DNA of 29,649 bases from Planctomycetales bacterium (GCA_037445915.1 JBBIJQ010000024.1:1340-30988); one strand, 5' to 3'; positions 8,559 to 17,858 are shown, numbered from the stretch's first letter. The notes: generated from the sequence alone by a model not told the origin. Made by a program: numbers and translations.

Positions 8559-10046
8559 TTACCCCAACTGGGTGAATAAATCTTTGACGAATGTGATGCC
8601 GAAGGTAACGAGTATTGTTCCAACTAAAATCACGATCATCATAAACACTTTCGCCATGTCCTGCCCTTTCAAGCTCCCTAGGATGAGCGGCTCTCTGGAA
8701 AGGTAGGCGCTGGCGGCGTAAAGCTCTTCGCCGATGAGCGTGTAGTCGCAGGTCGTTATGAAAAACGGGAGCTGGGTCATCGCGTCGGTGCCGGCTATTT
8801 GAATGGCGCCGGTGCTCGCGCCTGTCTCAGCTAGAATCAGGCTTTCCGCGTAATAGAAGCCCATAAAGAAGTTGGCGGCGGGCTTCTCGCGCAACATCAG
8901 ACCAGCCACCGCGGCTGAATAGGAAAACTGGTCGTCAGTAAGGAAGTAAACGCTATCAGGGTTATAAGCGTCCGGGCGCCCGGCGTCGGTGTATGCGGAC
9001 TTGACGATTTCCTGCGCAACAGTAAGCACGATGGGGTCGCGGCAGGGAACGGTCAGGCTTGATTCGTAGTTGGCGACGCGACCCGCAACGCGGCCAAGAA
9101 TGTTAAGCGCGGCCAGTGTGCTTAGGTCGCCCAATCCTGCCAAGCCATTGATATAGAGGATGGGCTTGCCCATTTCCGTCGCGCGCCCGATGGCTTCGTC
9201 GACCGCGTTCAAGCCGGCGATGCGGCGGATGAATAGGTTCGGGTCGCGGCGCGCACGCGCGATAAATAAGAGGATTGTTGTGCCGAAGAGGATGGCGAAG
9301 ATAAACGCGTTCAACTTACTCGTTGTGAACCACTGTTCCTTCGCGTCAACCTGGAATATCTCAGGCGCAATCGCAGTTACCCCGTCCCGGACAGCAGTGA
9401 ACTTGATATACATCGTGCCGATTTTGCGCGGTTGGATGTCTGCGAGGATAGGGGTGATCTTCGGCAAGCCGGTCTTTACATCAATCACATCAGGGTCAAT
9501 CGGCTCACCCGCGTCATCCTTAGGTCCCAGATTCGGCTTTACCGTGAATCCGACCGGCTGAGGAATGTGAATCTGCCTGCCGATCTTGTCGTACTCGCCG
9601 GTGGGCACGTTCTGAATGATGGCAACGTGCACCTGCTTCTCACGACCGTTCTTGCCGAACCAGAAAAAGCCTGGGAAGTACTTCCCATGGTCTTCCATGA
9701 AGACCGCATCGGCAGGCTGAGTAAGCGCTTCAGCCCACGGGCCGTCTGGGCTCTCGGCAAGGTAAATGACGTAGTTAGTCTCGGCAGATTCGCCCGGCAC
9801 CACCGACCACTTAAGGTAGACGCCGCTGCCATCGTCATTAGGCAGGTCGCCAGCAAAGAGGTCGGTCGGGAGCTTTATCTCTACTGGCGGCGCGGCAGGC
9901 TGAGCCTCGACTGGTTCTGCGGCTTCAGTGGAAGCGGCAGCATCAGGCGCGGTTCCTTCAGCCGGCTGCTGGGCGAAAGAGCCAGACGAGATAGCGAACG
10001 TGCACAAGATTGCAAGGATTACAGTTAACTTGATTGTGTTCCCCAT
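8559..10046 (-). CDS. DUF6754-type membrane protein with signal peptide, Ala/Pro/Glu linker and FN3-like extracytoplasmic domain
   Basis: Signal peptide; DLPNDDGSGVYLKW; after a TM helix, IRRIAGLNAVDEAIGRATEMGKP...GEELYAASAYL...GSLKGQD and a final TM. The DUF6754 assignment is from recall of the motif and needs an HMM check. Confidence 0.75.
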   Translation of the reverse strand: MGNTIKLTVILAILCTFAISSGSFAQQPAEGTAPDAAASTEAAEPVEAQPAAPPVEIKLPTDLFAGDLPNDDGSGVYLKWSVVPGESAETNYVIYLAESPDGPWAEALTQPADAVFMEDHGKYFPGFFWFGKNGREKQVHVAIIQNVPTGEYDKIGRQIHIPQPVGFTVKPNLGPKDDAGEPIDPDVIDVKTGLPKITPILADIQPRKIGTMYIKFTAVRDGVTAIAPEIFQVDAKEQWFTTSKLNAFIFAILFGTTILLFIARARRDPNLFIRRIAGLNAVDEAIGRATEMGKPILYINGLAGLGDLSTLAALNILGRVAGRVANYESSLTVPCRDPIVLTVAQEIVKSAYTDAGRPDAYNPDSVYFLTDDQFSYSAAVAGLMLREKPAANFFMGFYYAESLILAETGASTGAIQIAGTDAMTQLPFFITTCDYTLIGEELYAASAYLSREPLILGSLKGQDMAKVFMMIVILVGTILVTFGITFVKDLFTQLG

Positions 10047-10073
10047 ACGCTTGCGACCTTTAGAGGGTAATCC

Positions 10074-10082
10074 ATTATAGCA
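10074..10082 (-). promoter_or_regulatory. Extended -10 element (TGcTATAAT) for the DUF6754 operon
   Basis: Perfect TGnTATAAT on the minus strand, 27 nt upstream of ATG 10046. Confidence 0.6.
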
Positions 10083-10197
10083 GAATAATCAGCAGTCAAT
10101 AGGCTGCCTGGAAAGAGCATTTGAAAATGGCAGTTTGCGGAATTACCAGCTTTTCCCTTATTCTATGAGTCCTTTATCCTTTATCAAGGAGCTTATT

Positions 10198-11097
10198 ATG
10201 GCGAAAATCGTTGAATGCGTTCCCAATATTAGCGACGGGCGCAACCCCGAAGTTGTGCAGGCCTGCATTGAGCCAGTGCGGCAAACCAAGGGAGTTAAGC
10301 TCTTGGACTTCTCGTCTGATGCCGACCATAACCGCTCGGTCATCACATTCGCCGGCACGCCCGAAGGGTGCGCCGAGGCTGCATTCGGTGTTGCTAAGAA
10401 AGCCGTCGAGCTTATTGACTTGACCAAGCACCAGGGCGGCCACCCCCGCATGGGCGCGGTTGACGTAATCCCCTTCGTGCCTGTAAGCGGCGTGGACATG
10501 GACGAATGCGTCAAGCTTGCCAAGCAAGTTGGCGAGAGAATGTGGAACGAGCTGAAAGTTCCCGTGTTCCTATATGAATGCGCCGCCAGTGCCCCGCACC
10601 GCCGCAACCTCGCCGAAGTGCGCAAGGGCGAGTTTGAGGGAATGGCGGAGAAGATGAAGCTCGCTGAGTGGAAACCCGACTTTGGCGAGAATGCGCCCCA
10701 TCCCGCCGCAGGCGTGACCGCCGTCGGAGGGCGCACATTCCTCGTCGCATATAACATCAACTTGAACACCGATAACCTCAAAGTCGGCAAGAAGATAGTC
10801 GCCTGCATCCGCGAAGCGAAGGGCGGGCTTGCCAACGTCAAGGCGATGGCGCTGTTGCTTGAAGACCGCAAGCAAGTGCAGATATCCATGAACCTCACTG
10901 ACCCGTTTGACACGCCGATGTACCGGGTGTTTGAGTTGGTGAAGCTGGAAGCCGAACGTTACGGCATTGGCATAGTCGGCAGCGAGGTCGTGGGCTTGGT
11001 TCCACTGGAAGCGATCGTGAAGACGCTTGATTACTACCTGCGCCTTGAGGGATTCAAGAGTGGGCAGGTTGTAGAGATGGGCCTCTTCGGCGAATAG
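10198..11097 (+). CDS. ftcD: Glutamate formimidoyltransferase (FT domain only, 299 aa)
   Basis: ECVPNISDGR, DADHNRSVIT, HPRMGAVDVIPFVP, LVAYNINL, QISMNL and SEVVGLVP; start moved to ATG 10198 behind AAGGAG. Confidence 0.93.
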   Translation: MAKIVECVPNISDGRNPEVVQACIEPVRQTKGVKLLDFSSDADHNRSVITFAGTPEGCAEAAFGVAKKAVELIDLTKHQGGHPRMGAVDVIPFVPVSGVDMDECVKLAKQVGERMWNELKVPVFLYECAASAPHRRNLAEVRKGEFEGMAEKMKLAEWKPDFGENAPHPAAGVTAVGGRTFLVAYNINLNTDNLKVGKKIVACIREAKGGLANVKAMALLLEDRKQVQISMNLTDPFDTPMYRVFELVKLEAERYGIGIVGSEVVGLVPLEAIVKTLDYYLRLEGFKSGQVVEMGLFGE

Positions 11098-11106
11098 CAC
11101 ATCCAT

Positions 11107-12069
11107 ATGCCAAGCAGCGAAAATCCGCTGGACGAGAAAGCGTTGCATCCCAAGCGAAGCGCCAAGCCTGACACGCGGCAAGCAACGGCACGAAACGTCG
11201 CCATAGTGGTAGTTGCGCTGGCAAAAGTGTTCCCGCCGGCCGTCCTCATCCCCCTCGCGCGTGGGCTGGCATCGCTCGCCTGGGCTTTTTACCCAAGGCT
11301 TAGAGAAGTCGCAATGCGAAACCTTGAACTTGCGTATGGCGACGAACTGGGCATCCGCGAGCGCAGGCGAATTGCGAAGCAAAGCGCAATGAATGTGGCG
11401 ATGACCGCACTGGAGTTCATCTACTTCATGCACTGGACGCCGGAGCGCGTAAAGGCGACCGTCGTGGAAACCGAAGGATGGGACTTGCTGACGGCCGCGC
11501 TTGCGCAGAACAAGGGCGTTATCGGGCTTGCGATGCACTACGGCAACTGGGAAGTCTCCGGCGCATACCTGACGCTCTCGGGCGTCGGTCTGGCAGCGGT
11601 GGGCAAGCGGCAGCGCGACGACTTCTTCACCAACCTCGCTTTCCCCACCCGCGCTAAACTCGGTATAGAAAATATCTCCAAGGGCGGGCAGACGAGCCTC
11701 ATCCTGCGCGCATTGCGGCAAAACAAGGTGCTCGGGCTGCTCGCCGACCAAAACGGCGGCATGGATGGCGCATTCGTGCCGTTCTTCGGGCTTCCCGCAA
11801 GCACTGTGCGCGGGCCGGCGTCGCTGCACCTGAGGCTTGGCGCGCCAATGCTACTCATCGTCGCCAAGAGAATAAAGCCTTTCCGGTTCCGGCAAATCGT
11901 CCGCGAAGTGAAATGCGACGTGGCAAAGGACGACCCCGAAGCGGAGGAGAAGGTGCTCGCGGCGATGAACGATGCGTACGGGCAAGTCATCCGCGAGGAC
12001 CCGACGCAGTGGCTGTGGATACACACGCGCTGGCGCACGCGCCCTCCCGGCGAGCCGCCGCTTTACTGA
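11107..12069 (+). CDS. lpxL: Lipid A late acyltransferase / lysophospholipid acyltransferase (LpxL/HtrB family)
   Basis: NLELAY, catalytic HYGNWE, LADQ, VPFFG and PTQWLWIHTRWR. Acyl specificity cannot be inferred. Confidence 0.8.
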   Translation: MPSSENPLDEKALHPKRSAKPDTRQATARNVAIVVVALAKVFPPAVLIPLARGLASLAWAFYPRLREVAMRNLELAYGDELGIRERRRIAKQSAMNVAMTALEFIYFMHWTPERVKATVVETEGWDLLTAALAQNKGVIGLAMHYGNWEVSGAYLTLSGVGLAAVGKRQRDDFFTNLAFPTRAKLGIENISKGGQTSLILRALRQNKVLGLLADQNGGMDGAFVPFFGLPASTVRGPASLHLRLGAPMLLIVAKRIKPFRFRQIVREVKCDVAKDDPEAEEKVLAAMNDAYGQVIREDPTQWLWIHTRWRTRPPGEPPLY

Positions 12070-13391
12070 TTCAAGCCCGGCAGGCCGGTTTCGCCCAAGC
12101 CAAGCGCTTTCGCTATCGTCCCCAAGTAATAGATGCTTCCCGCGACCAGCACTGTCCCGCCGCTTTCCGCATCAGCGCGCACCCGCGACATCTTCTCTGC
12201 AAACGGCACGCCTGTATGGAGCACAGCGAAGCCCGTCGCCTGCGCGCCTTGCGCCACATCAGCTTCGGGCATGGGGTGAAGTATCGGCAGCTCAACAGGC
12301 ACCACACCTAACACCAGCGCTTGCAATGGCGCGAGCAGGCGCGGGACATCCTTCCCTTCCTGGCAGCCGAAGACGAGCAGCGGCTTCGCATCCGGCAGGT
12401 ATTCGCGCAACGTCTCCGCAAGCGAGCGCATTCCTTCTTCGTTATGTGAAGAATCAAGGATAACAAGGCCGTTGCCGACTCGGTGCGGCTCAAAGCGCCC
12501 GCGATACACTGCGTTAAGCGCTGGCGGGACAGCTAGCGGTGCGGGAATAATGCCCAACCCCGCAAGCTCCGCGGCGATGGCGAGCGCGCACCCAAGGTTG
12601 TGCGCCTGATACAGCCCAAGCTGGTTCGTAACTATTTCGCTCGGCAACGACAGGCGCGCATCCTCGCCGTCTAATGCGAACGATTGCACTGGCGGGATAA
12701 GGCTTCCGCCAGTGCGCGATGCGCGGATGCGCGGTTCCATTACCGGCGCGTGCTTAAGCATTGAGAGCTTGCGCAGGATTTCAGCGCAGTCGGGGCTTTC
12801 GGTTCGCATGCCGCGCGAGATGATGCAGGGGACGCCCTGCGCCATTATCCCCGCCTTCTCCACGGCTATGCCCGCGAGCGTCGCGCCGAGGAACTTCTCG
12901 TGGTCGCGGCCGATGGAGGTTATCGCAGTGAGGACGCGCGGCAGCGCATTAGCGGCGTCAAACCTTCCGCCTAAGCCCACTTCAACGAGCGCAAGCTGCG
13001 CGCCCGCGTCGCGAAAGGAGATTAGCGCGGTGATGAGCGTCGCTTCAAAGAAGGTCACGGAGACGTCAACACGCGCGAGGTAATCCATAAGCTGCTGCAC
13101 TGCGGCGCAAAAAGCCTCGTCATGCACGGGACGGCCGCCGATGCGCACGCGCTCGGTGATGTGAAAGACGTGGGGCTTAACGAACGCGCCTATGCGCACG
13201 TGCGGTGCGAGGAGCGCCTCGGTGAATGTGACAACGCTGCCTTTGCCGTTGGTGCCCCCAATGATCACGGCCGGAAACGGCAGGGGGTTGAGGCCAAGTC
13301 CAGCGATGACGCGCTTCAGCCGCGCCAGGTCAAGGTCAATCTTCCCCGGCTGCAGCGATAGCAAATACTTCTCGGCGTCGGCGATGTGCAT
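12063..13391 (-). CDS. folC: Bifunctional folylpolyglutamate synthase / dihydrofolate synthase
   Basis: GGTNGKGSV, TFFE, EVGLGGRFDAAN, IAVEKAGI, DSSHN and AGSIYYLG; start reassigned to ATG 13391 (MHIADAEKYL). Confidence 0.92.
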   Translation of the reverse strand: MHIADAEKYLLSLQPGKIDLDLARLKRVIAGLGLNPLPFPAVIIGGTNGKGSVVTFTEALLAPHVRIGAFVKPHVFHITERVRIGGRPVHDEAFCAAVQQLMDYLARVDVSVTFFEATLITALISFRDAGAQLALVEVGLGGRFDAANALPRVLTAITSIGRDHEKFLGATLAGIAVEKAGIMAQGVPCIISRGMRTESPDCAEILRKLSMLKHAPVMEPRIRASRTGGSLIPPVQSFALDGEDARLSLPSEIVTNQLGLYQAHNLGCALAIAAELAGLGIIPAPLAVPPALNAVYRGRFEPHRVGNGLVILDSSHNEEGMRSLAETLREYLPDAKPLLVFGCQEGKDVPRLLAPLQALVLGVVPVELPILHPMPEADVAQGAQATGFAVLHTGVPFAEKMSRVRADAESGGTVLVAGSIYYLGTIAKALGLGETGLPGLNQ

Positions 13392-13436
13392 GCGGGGAAT
13401 GATAGCAGAAGGGAACAGAGGGATTAGGCGTAAGGG

Positions 13437-13538
13437 GGGCGAGGGTTTATCCACCGCCGTATGGTAATCCCTCCAACGGGAGCGCGGACTTAAGTTCACG
13501 CTCCGAGATTTAGTGCGGCGGGGCGTAAAACCTCGCCC
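13437..13538. repeat. About 100-bp element with imperfect 25-bp inverted repeats flanking a central palindrome
   Basis: 13437-13461 gggcgagggtttatccaccgccgta versus reverse complement of 13514-13538 gggcgaggttttacgccccgccgca; centre 13479-13504 ggagcgcggacttaagttcacgctcc. Confidence 0.65.
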
Positions 13539-13564
13539 TTCAGGGCATCTGCTAGAATCCCCCT

Positions 13565-14968
13565 ATGCCCGACGAAATGAACTTCAAGCTGAGGGATTTG
13601 CCAAGCGTGAGCAGCCTGCTCGCGGATGAGAGGCTAACCTCGCTCGCAGCGGCACACGGCCTGACGGCTGCAGACTTGAAGCGATGCGCCGAGGATGCGC
13701 TGTCGGCATTGCGCAGCGAGCGCAGCGATGACGGCGCGCCGATGGACAAAGACGGCCTGCGCGCGCATGTTAACGACGCCATTGCCGATGCGCTGCACCT
13801 CGCATCCCTGCGCAAGCTACAGCCGGTCATCAACGCCACGGGCATCCTCGTACACACCAACCTCGGGCGCGCGCCGCTGGGCGAGAAGCTGCTGGACGCG
13901 GTGCGCCCGGCGCTGCTCGGCTACACCAACCTTGAATACGAACTGGCGGATGGCAAGCGCGGCAAGCGCGGCACGGAGATTGAGCGCATGCTTTGCGCGC
14001 TGTCCGGCGCGGAGGCGGCGCTCTTGGTCAACAACAACGCGGGCGCGGTGTTCCTCATCCTGCGCGCGCTTTGCGCCAGTCGCGAAGTCGTCATTTCACG
14101 CGGCGAGCTAGTGCAAATCGGCGGCGGCTTCCGCATCCCCGACATCATGGCCGAAAGCGGCGCGGTAATGCGCGAAGTCGGCACCAGCAACATAACCACT
14201 GCGCAGGACTACGCCGATGCGATGAGGCCGGACACCGCCGCAATCCTCAAGGTGCACCGCAGCAACTTCGGGCTGACCGGCTTCACCGCCGACGCAAGCC
14301 TGGAAGAGCTGGCGCCCATAGCGCAAGAACATAACGTGATTCTCCTTAATGACATGGGCGCGGCCGCGCTACTGCCTGAAAATGAAGCGAATACGCTTGG
14401 GTTGCCGCATCCCGCGCCATCGCTACGCGCGGGTGCGGACGTCGTGTGCTTCTCCGCCGATAAGATACTCGGCCTTGCGCAAGGCGGCATCATCCTTGGC
14501 AAGAGCGCGCCGCTCGCGAAGCTTCGCAAGTCGCCGCTTTACCGCGCGCTGCGCCCCGACAAGTCCATGCTCGCTGTGATTGAGGCGGGACTGTCGCTAA
14601 TCGCCGCCGGTGATTACAGCGCGATACCCGTTAACGCAGTGCTGATGCAGGGCGCGGACGCGCTGAAAACCAAGGCGTTCGTGCTGGCGAAGAAGCTGCG
14701 CAAGGCGGGCGCGAATGCGGAGGTCGCGGAGTCGCAGGGCGAAATCGGCGGGGGCATCGCAGGGCGCAAGCTCAAGTCGTATGCCGTCGTGGTGGGTATC
14801 AACAAGACGCCGCCCGACGCGCTGGCGGAGAAGCTGCGCCATGCCCGCCCGCCCATTATCGCGGTCGTGCGCGACGGGAAGCTCATGCTTGACGTGCTTG
14901 CGCTTATGCCCGGCGACGACGAACGAATTACCGTCGTCATCGCGGGATTAGTTAAGGAAGCGCAGTAG
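13565..14968 (+). CDS. selA: L-seryl-tRNA(Sec) selenium transferase
   Basis: VINATGILVHTNLGRAPL, NLEY, VNNNAGAV, SRGELVQIGGGFRIPDIM, LKVHRSNF and PLP-lysine motif FSADK. Confidence 0.9.
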   Translation: MPDEMNFKLRDLPSVSSLLADERLTSLAAAHGLTAADLKRCAEDALSALRSERSDDGAPMDKDGLRAHVNDAIADALHLASLRKLQPVINATGILVHTNLGRAPLGEKLLDAVRPALLGYTNLEYELADGKRGKRGTEIERMLCALSGAEAALLVNNNAGAVFLILRALCASREVVISRGELVQIGGGFRIPDIMAESGAVMREVGTSNITTAQDYADAMRPDTAAILKVHRSNFGLTGFTADASLEELAPIAQEHNVILLNDMGAAALLPENEANTLGLPHPAPSLRAGADVVCFSADKILGLAQGGIILGKSAPLAKLRKSPLYRALRPDKSMLAVIEAGLSLIAAGDYSAIPVNAVLMQGADALKTKAFVLAKKLRKAGANAEVAESQGEIGGGIAGRKLKSYAVVVGINKTPPDALAEKLRHARPPIIAVVRDGKLMLDVLALMPGDDERITVVIAGLVKEAQ

Positions 14969-14971
14969 AGG

Positions 14972-15160
14972 CTACTTCACCTTCTTCTTAGTTTGCGGGA
15001 AGAAGACGAAGATGACGACGATGGAAGTGAGCAGGCTGGCGAGGACGGCAACGGTGACCGGCTCCATCGGCGTTTTCATGAAATACTTAACAAGCGCGAA
15101 GACGCCTGCGCTCAGCACGAGCGAGATTGTCGTGGCGATAAGCCATTTCAGGAAGAACAT
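14972..15160 (-). CDS. Small two-TM membrane protein (62 aa)
   Basis: Starts 4 nt after the mnmG stop behind a strong GAGGAG SD; two hydrophobic helices and a Lys-rich tail. Confidence 0.7.
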   Translation of the reverse strand: MFFLKWLIATTISLVLSAGVFALVKYFMKTPMEPVTVAVLASLLTSIVVIFVFFPQTKKKVK

Positions 15161-15164
15161 AGTC

Positions 15165-17066
15165 TTACTCCTCCTCGGTTCGCGGTGATTCTAACAGATT
15201 GCCGCCTTGCCCGCCTCGCATGTGCCGAAGCGTGACCATCAGCGCGTTCACGTCGGTGGGGCGCAGGCCGGAGATGCGCGACGCCTGCGCGATGGTGGCG
15301 GGCCGCACGCGCGCGAGCTTCTCCTTCGCCTCCGACGAGACGCCCTTTATCGCGCAGTAATCAAGCTCCGGCGGGATGCGCAGCACCTCGTATTTGTGCA
15401 GGCGCGCAATCTCCTCTTCCATGCGCTTGATGTAGCCCTCGTATTTAGCTTCGGTGTAAACCTCGCGCAGCGCGGCGCGGTTGAGCGCGTCCTGCAGCCC
15501 CCAGCCGATTGCGTCAGCGGCGATGGGCGCGAATGCAGTCTCGTCAACTTCGGGCTGCTTCGCCAGCTCGCGAAGCGTCATTGACGCGCCACGATGCTTC
15601 AAGCGCACGCTGTCCAGCGCGCCCTCAAGCTTGGCGATGCGCGCGCGCAGTTCAACAAGCGCCGAGTATTTATCACTGGGCAGCAGGCCGTTATCATGCG
15701 CGATGTCCCCCAGCCGCAGCGCAGCATTCCCGCTGCGCAGGAGCAACCTGTATTCGCAGCTTGCGGTGAACATGCGGTATGGCTCCTGTGTGCCCATCGT
15801 CGTCAGGTCGTCCAGCATCACGCCGATGTATGAGTTGCTGCGAGAAAGCGGCAGCGTGTCCTTGCCAAGCAGCGTCAGCGCGGCATTCGCGCCAGCGACA
15901 AGCCCTTGCGCAGCGGCTTCTTCATAGCCCGTCGTGCCGTTGACCTGCCCCGCGAAGTAAAGCCCTTCAACGCGCTTTGACTCTAGCTGCGGCGTAAGCG
16001 CCAGCGGGTTTTGGAAGTCGTATTCAACCGCGTGCCCCGGGCGCAGTATGACCGCCTTTTCCAGCCCCTGCGTGCGCGCCAGGAAGCCTTGCTGCACATC
16101 CTCGGGCAAGCTTGTCGTCAGCCCCTGCACATAAACTTGCGGTGTGCCGACACCGTCGGGCTCCAAGAACACGGGATGCTTGATGTTATCGGGGAAGCGG
16201 CGCACCTTGTCTTCAATGCTGGGGCAGTATCGCGGGCCCGCGCCGCTGATGTTCCCCGAATACAGCGCGCTTTGCGAAAGGTTTTGCGCAATGTAGCCGA
16301 CCGTGTCGGCGTCGGTGCGCGTCTGCCAGCAAGGCAGCAGCAGCGGAGGCATGTCCGACTCGCGGTAGCAGCTAAAGCCGTCGCGCCGCCATTCCGATAG
16401 CTGCGCCGAGAGCGCGGTATAGTCAAGGCTGTCGCGGTGCAGGCGCGGGCTGGTACCGGTCTTCAAGCGGCCAAGCGTAATGCCAAGTTCCTCAAGGCTC
16501 TCCGAAAGCGCGATGCTCGGCGCTTCGCCCCACCGCCCACCATCCCACGCGCGCGCGCCAATCATCAGCCGCCCGCGCAAAAACGTCCCCGCCGCGAGTA
16601 TCACGCGCTGCGCCATGTATTCGCGCCCATCGGCGAGCGCAACGCCGGTAACGCGCATTCTGCCACCTTCCGCCGCAACGGCACTTATGCGCACGGTTTC
16701 GCCTTCGATAAGCTCAAAGTTCTGCACACGCGCAAGTGCAGCCGTCATCATGCGCGTGTATGCTTCGCGGTCGGACTGCGCCCGTAGCGCCTGCACGGCA
16801 GGGCCCTTGCCAGTGTTGAGCATGCGCAGGTTCGTGTAGGTCGCGTCGGTAATTTCGCCTTGCAGGCCGCCAAGCGCGTCCACCTCGCGCGTGAGGTGCC
16901 CTTTGGCAGGGCCGCCGATGCTGGGGTTGCAACTCATGCGCGCAATAGCGTCAAGCTTCATCGTCACCAGCAGCGTGCGAAAACCCAGCCGCGCGCAGGC
17001 GTGCGCCGCTTCGCAGCCCGCATGGCCGCCGCCGATGACTATCGCTTGGTATTCACCGCTGCTCAT
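15165..17066 (-). CDS. mnmG: tRNA uridine-5-carboxymethylaminomethyl modification enzyme MnmG/GidA
   Basis: [36 protein letters not shown] and [17 protein letters not shown]. Confidence 0.97.
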   Translation of the reverse strand: MSSGEYQAIVIGGGHAGCEAAHACARLGFRTLLVTMKLDAIARMSCNPSIGGPAKGHLTREVDALGGLQGEITDATYTNLRMLNTGKGPAVQALRAQSDREAYTRMMTAALARVQNFELIEGETVRISAVAAEGGRMRVTGVALADGREYMAQRVILAAGTFLRGRLMIGARAWDGGRWGEAPSIALSESLEELGITLGRLKTGTSPRLHRDSLDYTALSAQLSEWRRDGFSCYRESDMPPLLLPCWQTRTDADTVGYIAQNLSQSALYSGNISGAGPRYCPSIEDKVRRFPDNIKHPVFLEPDGVGTPQVYVQGLTTSLPEDVQQGFLARTQGLEKAVILRPGHAVEYDFQNPLALTPQLESKRVEGLYFAGQVNGTTGYEEAAAQGLVAGANAALTLLGKDTLPLSRSNSYIGVMLDDLTTMGTQEPYRMFTASCEYRLLLRSGNAALRLGDIAHDNGLLPSDKYSALVELRARIAKLEGALDSVRLKHRGASMTLRELAKQPEVDETAFAPIAADAIGWGLQDALNRAALREVYTEAKYEGYIKRMEEEIARLHKYEVLRIPPELDYCAIKGVSSEAKEKLARVRPATIAQASRISGLRPTDVNALMVTLRHMRGGQGGNLLESPRTEEE

Positions 17067-17085
17067 CCGCGCCTATAATACCAGC
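17067..17085. promoter_or_regulatory. Overlapping bidirectional -10 boxes for leaderless mnmG and maf
   Basis: TATAAT on + at 17074-17079, 6 nt before GTG 17086; TGgTATTAT on - at 17075-17083, 8 nt before ATG 17066; no SD for either gene. Confidence 0.6.
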
Positions 17086-17691
17086 GTGAGAATTATCCTT
17101 GCATCACGCTCGCCGCGCCGCCGCGAATGCCTACGCGGTTTAGGGCTGCATTTCACGGCGGTTGACCCCGGCGAAGACTTCGCGCCCGAACACTGCGAAA
17201 TGCTCACAGAATCGCAGGCTGCTCGTTTTGCGCTGGAGGCAGCGCAACATAAGGGCGCTGAAGTCGCGCGCAAGCATGCGGACGCGCTGGTCATCTCAGC
17301 CGACACCATCGTCTTTCTTGGCGGGCGCATTTACGGCAAGCCCAAGGACGCGGATGATGCGCGCAAGGCGCTGCGCGCGCTATACGGGCGGGCGCATGTT
17401 GTTATTACCGCACTGGCATTGTTCGTTGGCGATGAGCGCGCAAGCGGCTATGAGCGCACAGAAGTTACATTTGGCGAGCTTACTGAAACCGAGGAAACGG
17501 CGTTCATTGAGCTTGCGAAAGTGATGGACAAGGCGGGCAGTTATGCGATACAGGGCGTCGGCGGCGTATTGGTGACGGGCATCTGCGGGGATTACTTCAA
17601 CGTCGTGGGAATGCCTGTGAACTTGCTTGACAGGCTTCTGAAGCAGGCGGGATTGCCGGGGATACTAGAGTTGGCAACCCCCGCCTTGTAG
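17086..17691 (+). CDS. maf: Maf family nucleoside triphosphate pyrophosphatase (201 aa)
   Basis: IILASRSPRR, ISADTIV, GKPKD, DKAGSYAIQG and NVVGMP; start set at GTG 17086. Confidence 0.92.
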   Translation: MRIILASRSPRRRECLRGLGLHFTAVDPGEDFAPEHCEMLTESQAARFALEAAQHKGAEVARKHADALVISADTIVFLGGRIYGKPKDADDARKALRALYGRAHVVITALALFVGDERASGYERTEVTFGELTETEETAFIELAKVMDKAGSYAIQGVGGVLVTGICGDYFNVVGMPVNLLDRLLKQAGLPGILELATPAL

Positions 17692-17817
17692 GCGGGACTT
17701 CAGTCCCGCTCCGGACACTATTACAAGAACACATACTATGGGTACGCCGCGCTCTCCAGCGCGGCTCTAGCTTTGCGCACAAATACCCATGAGTGCACCG
17801 AACTCGCCAGCCCGGTT
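17688..17817 (+). repeat. Cluster of REP-like palindromes between convergent maf and dnaN
   Basis: 17688-17715 gtaggcgggacttcagtcccgctccgga; 17742-17766 gtacgccgcgctctccagcgcggct; a degenerate copy at 17793-17817. Confidence 0.8.
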
Positions 17818-17858
17818 CTTTCATTCCGGATATGCGGCGTCTGCTACACGTTCTCAGC

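Noticed and set aside
6266-10046. Lower apparent GC of the DUF6754 operon as evidence of horizontal transfer
   Set aside because: Not computed; hydrophobic membrane proteins lower GC by themselves, the region shares the TCGA/GATC avoidance and promoter style of the rest, and no mobility genes flank it.
10570-11829. 419-aa minus-strand ORF and the many other overlapping ORFs in the track
   Set aside because: They lie antisense or out of frame to well-supported genes, as expected in GC-rich DNA, and have no motifs or translation signals.
13447-13455. DnaA box-like TTATCCACC suggesting oriC near mnmG/dnaN
   Set aside because: A single 8/9 match inside an inverted-repeat arm, with no box cluster or AT-rich unwinding element.
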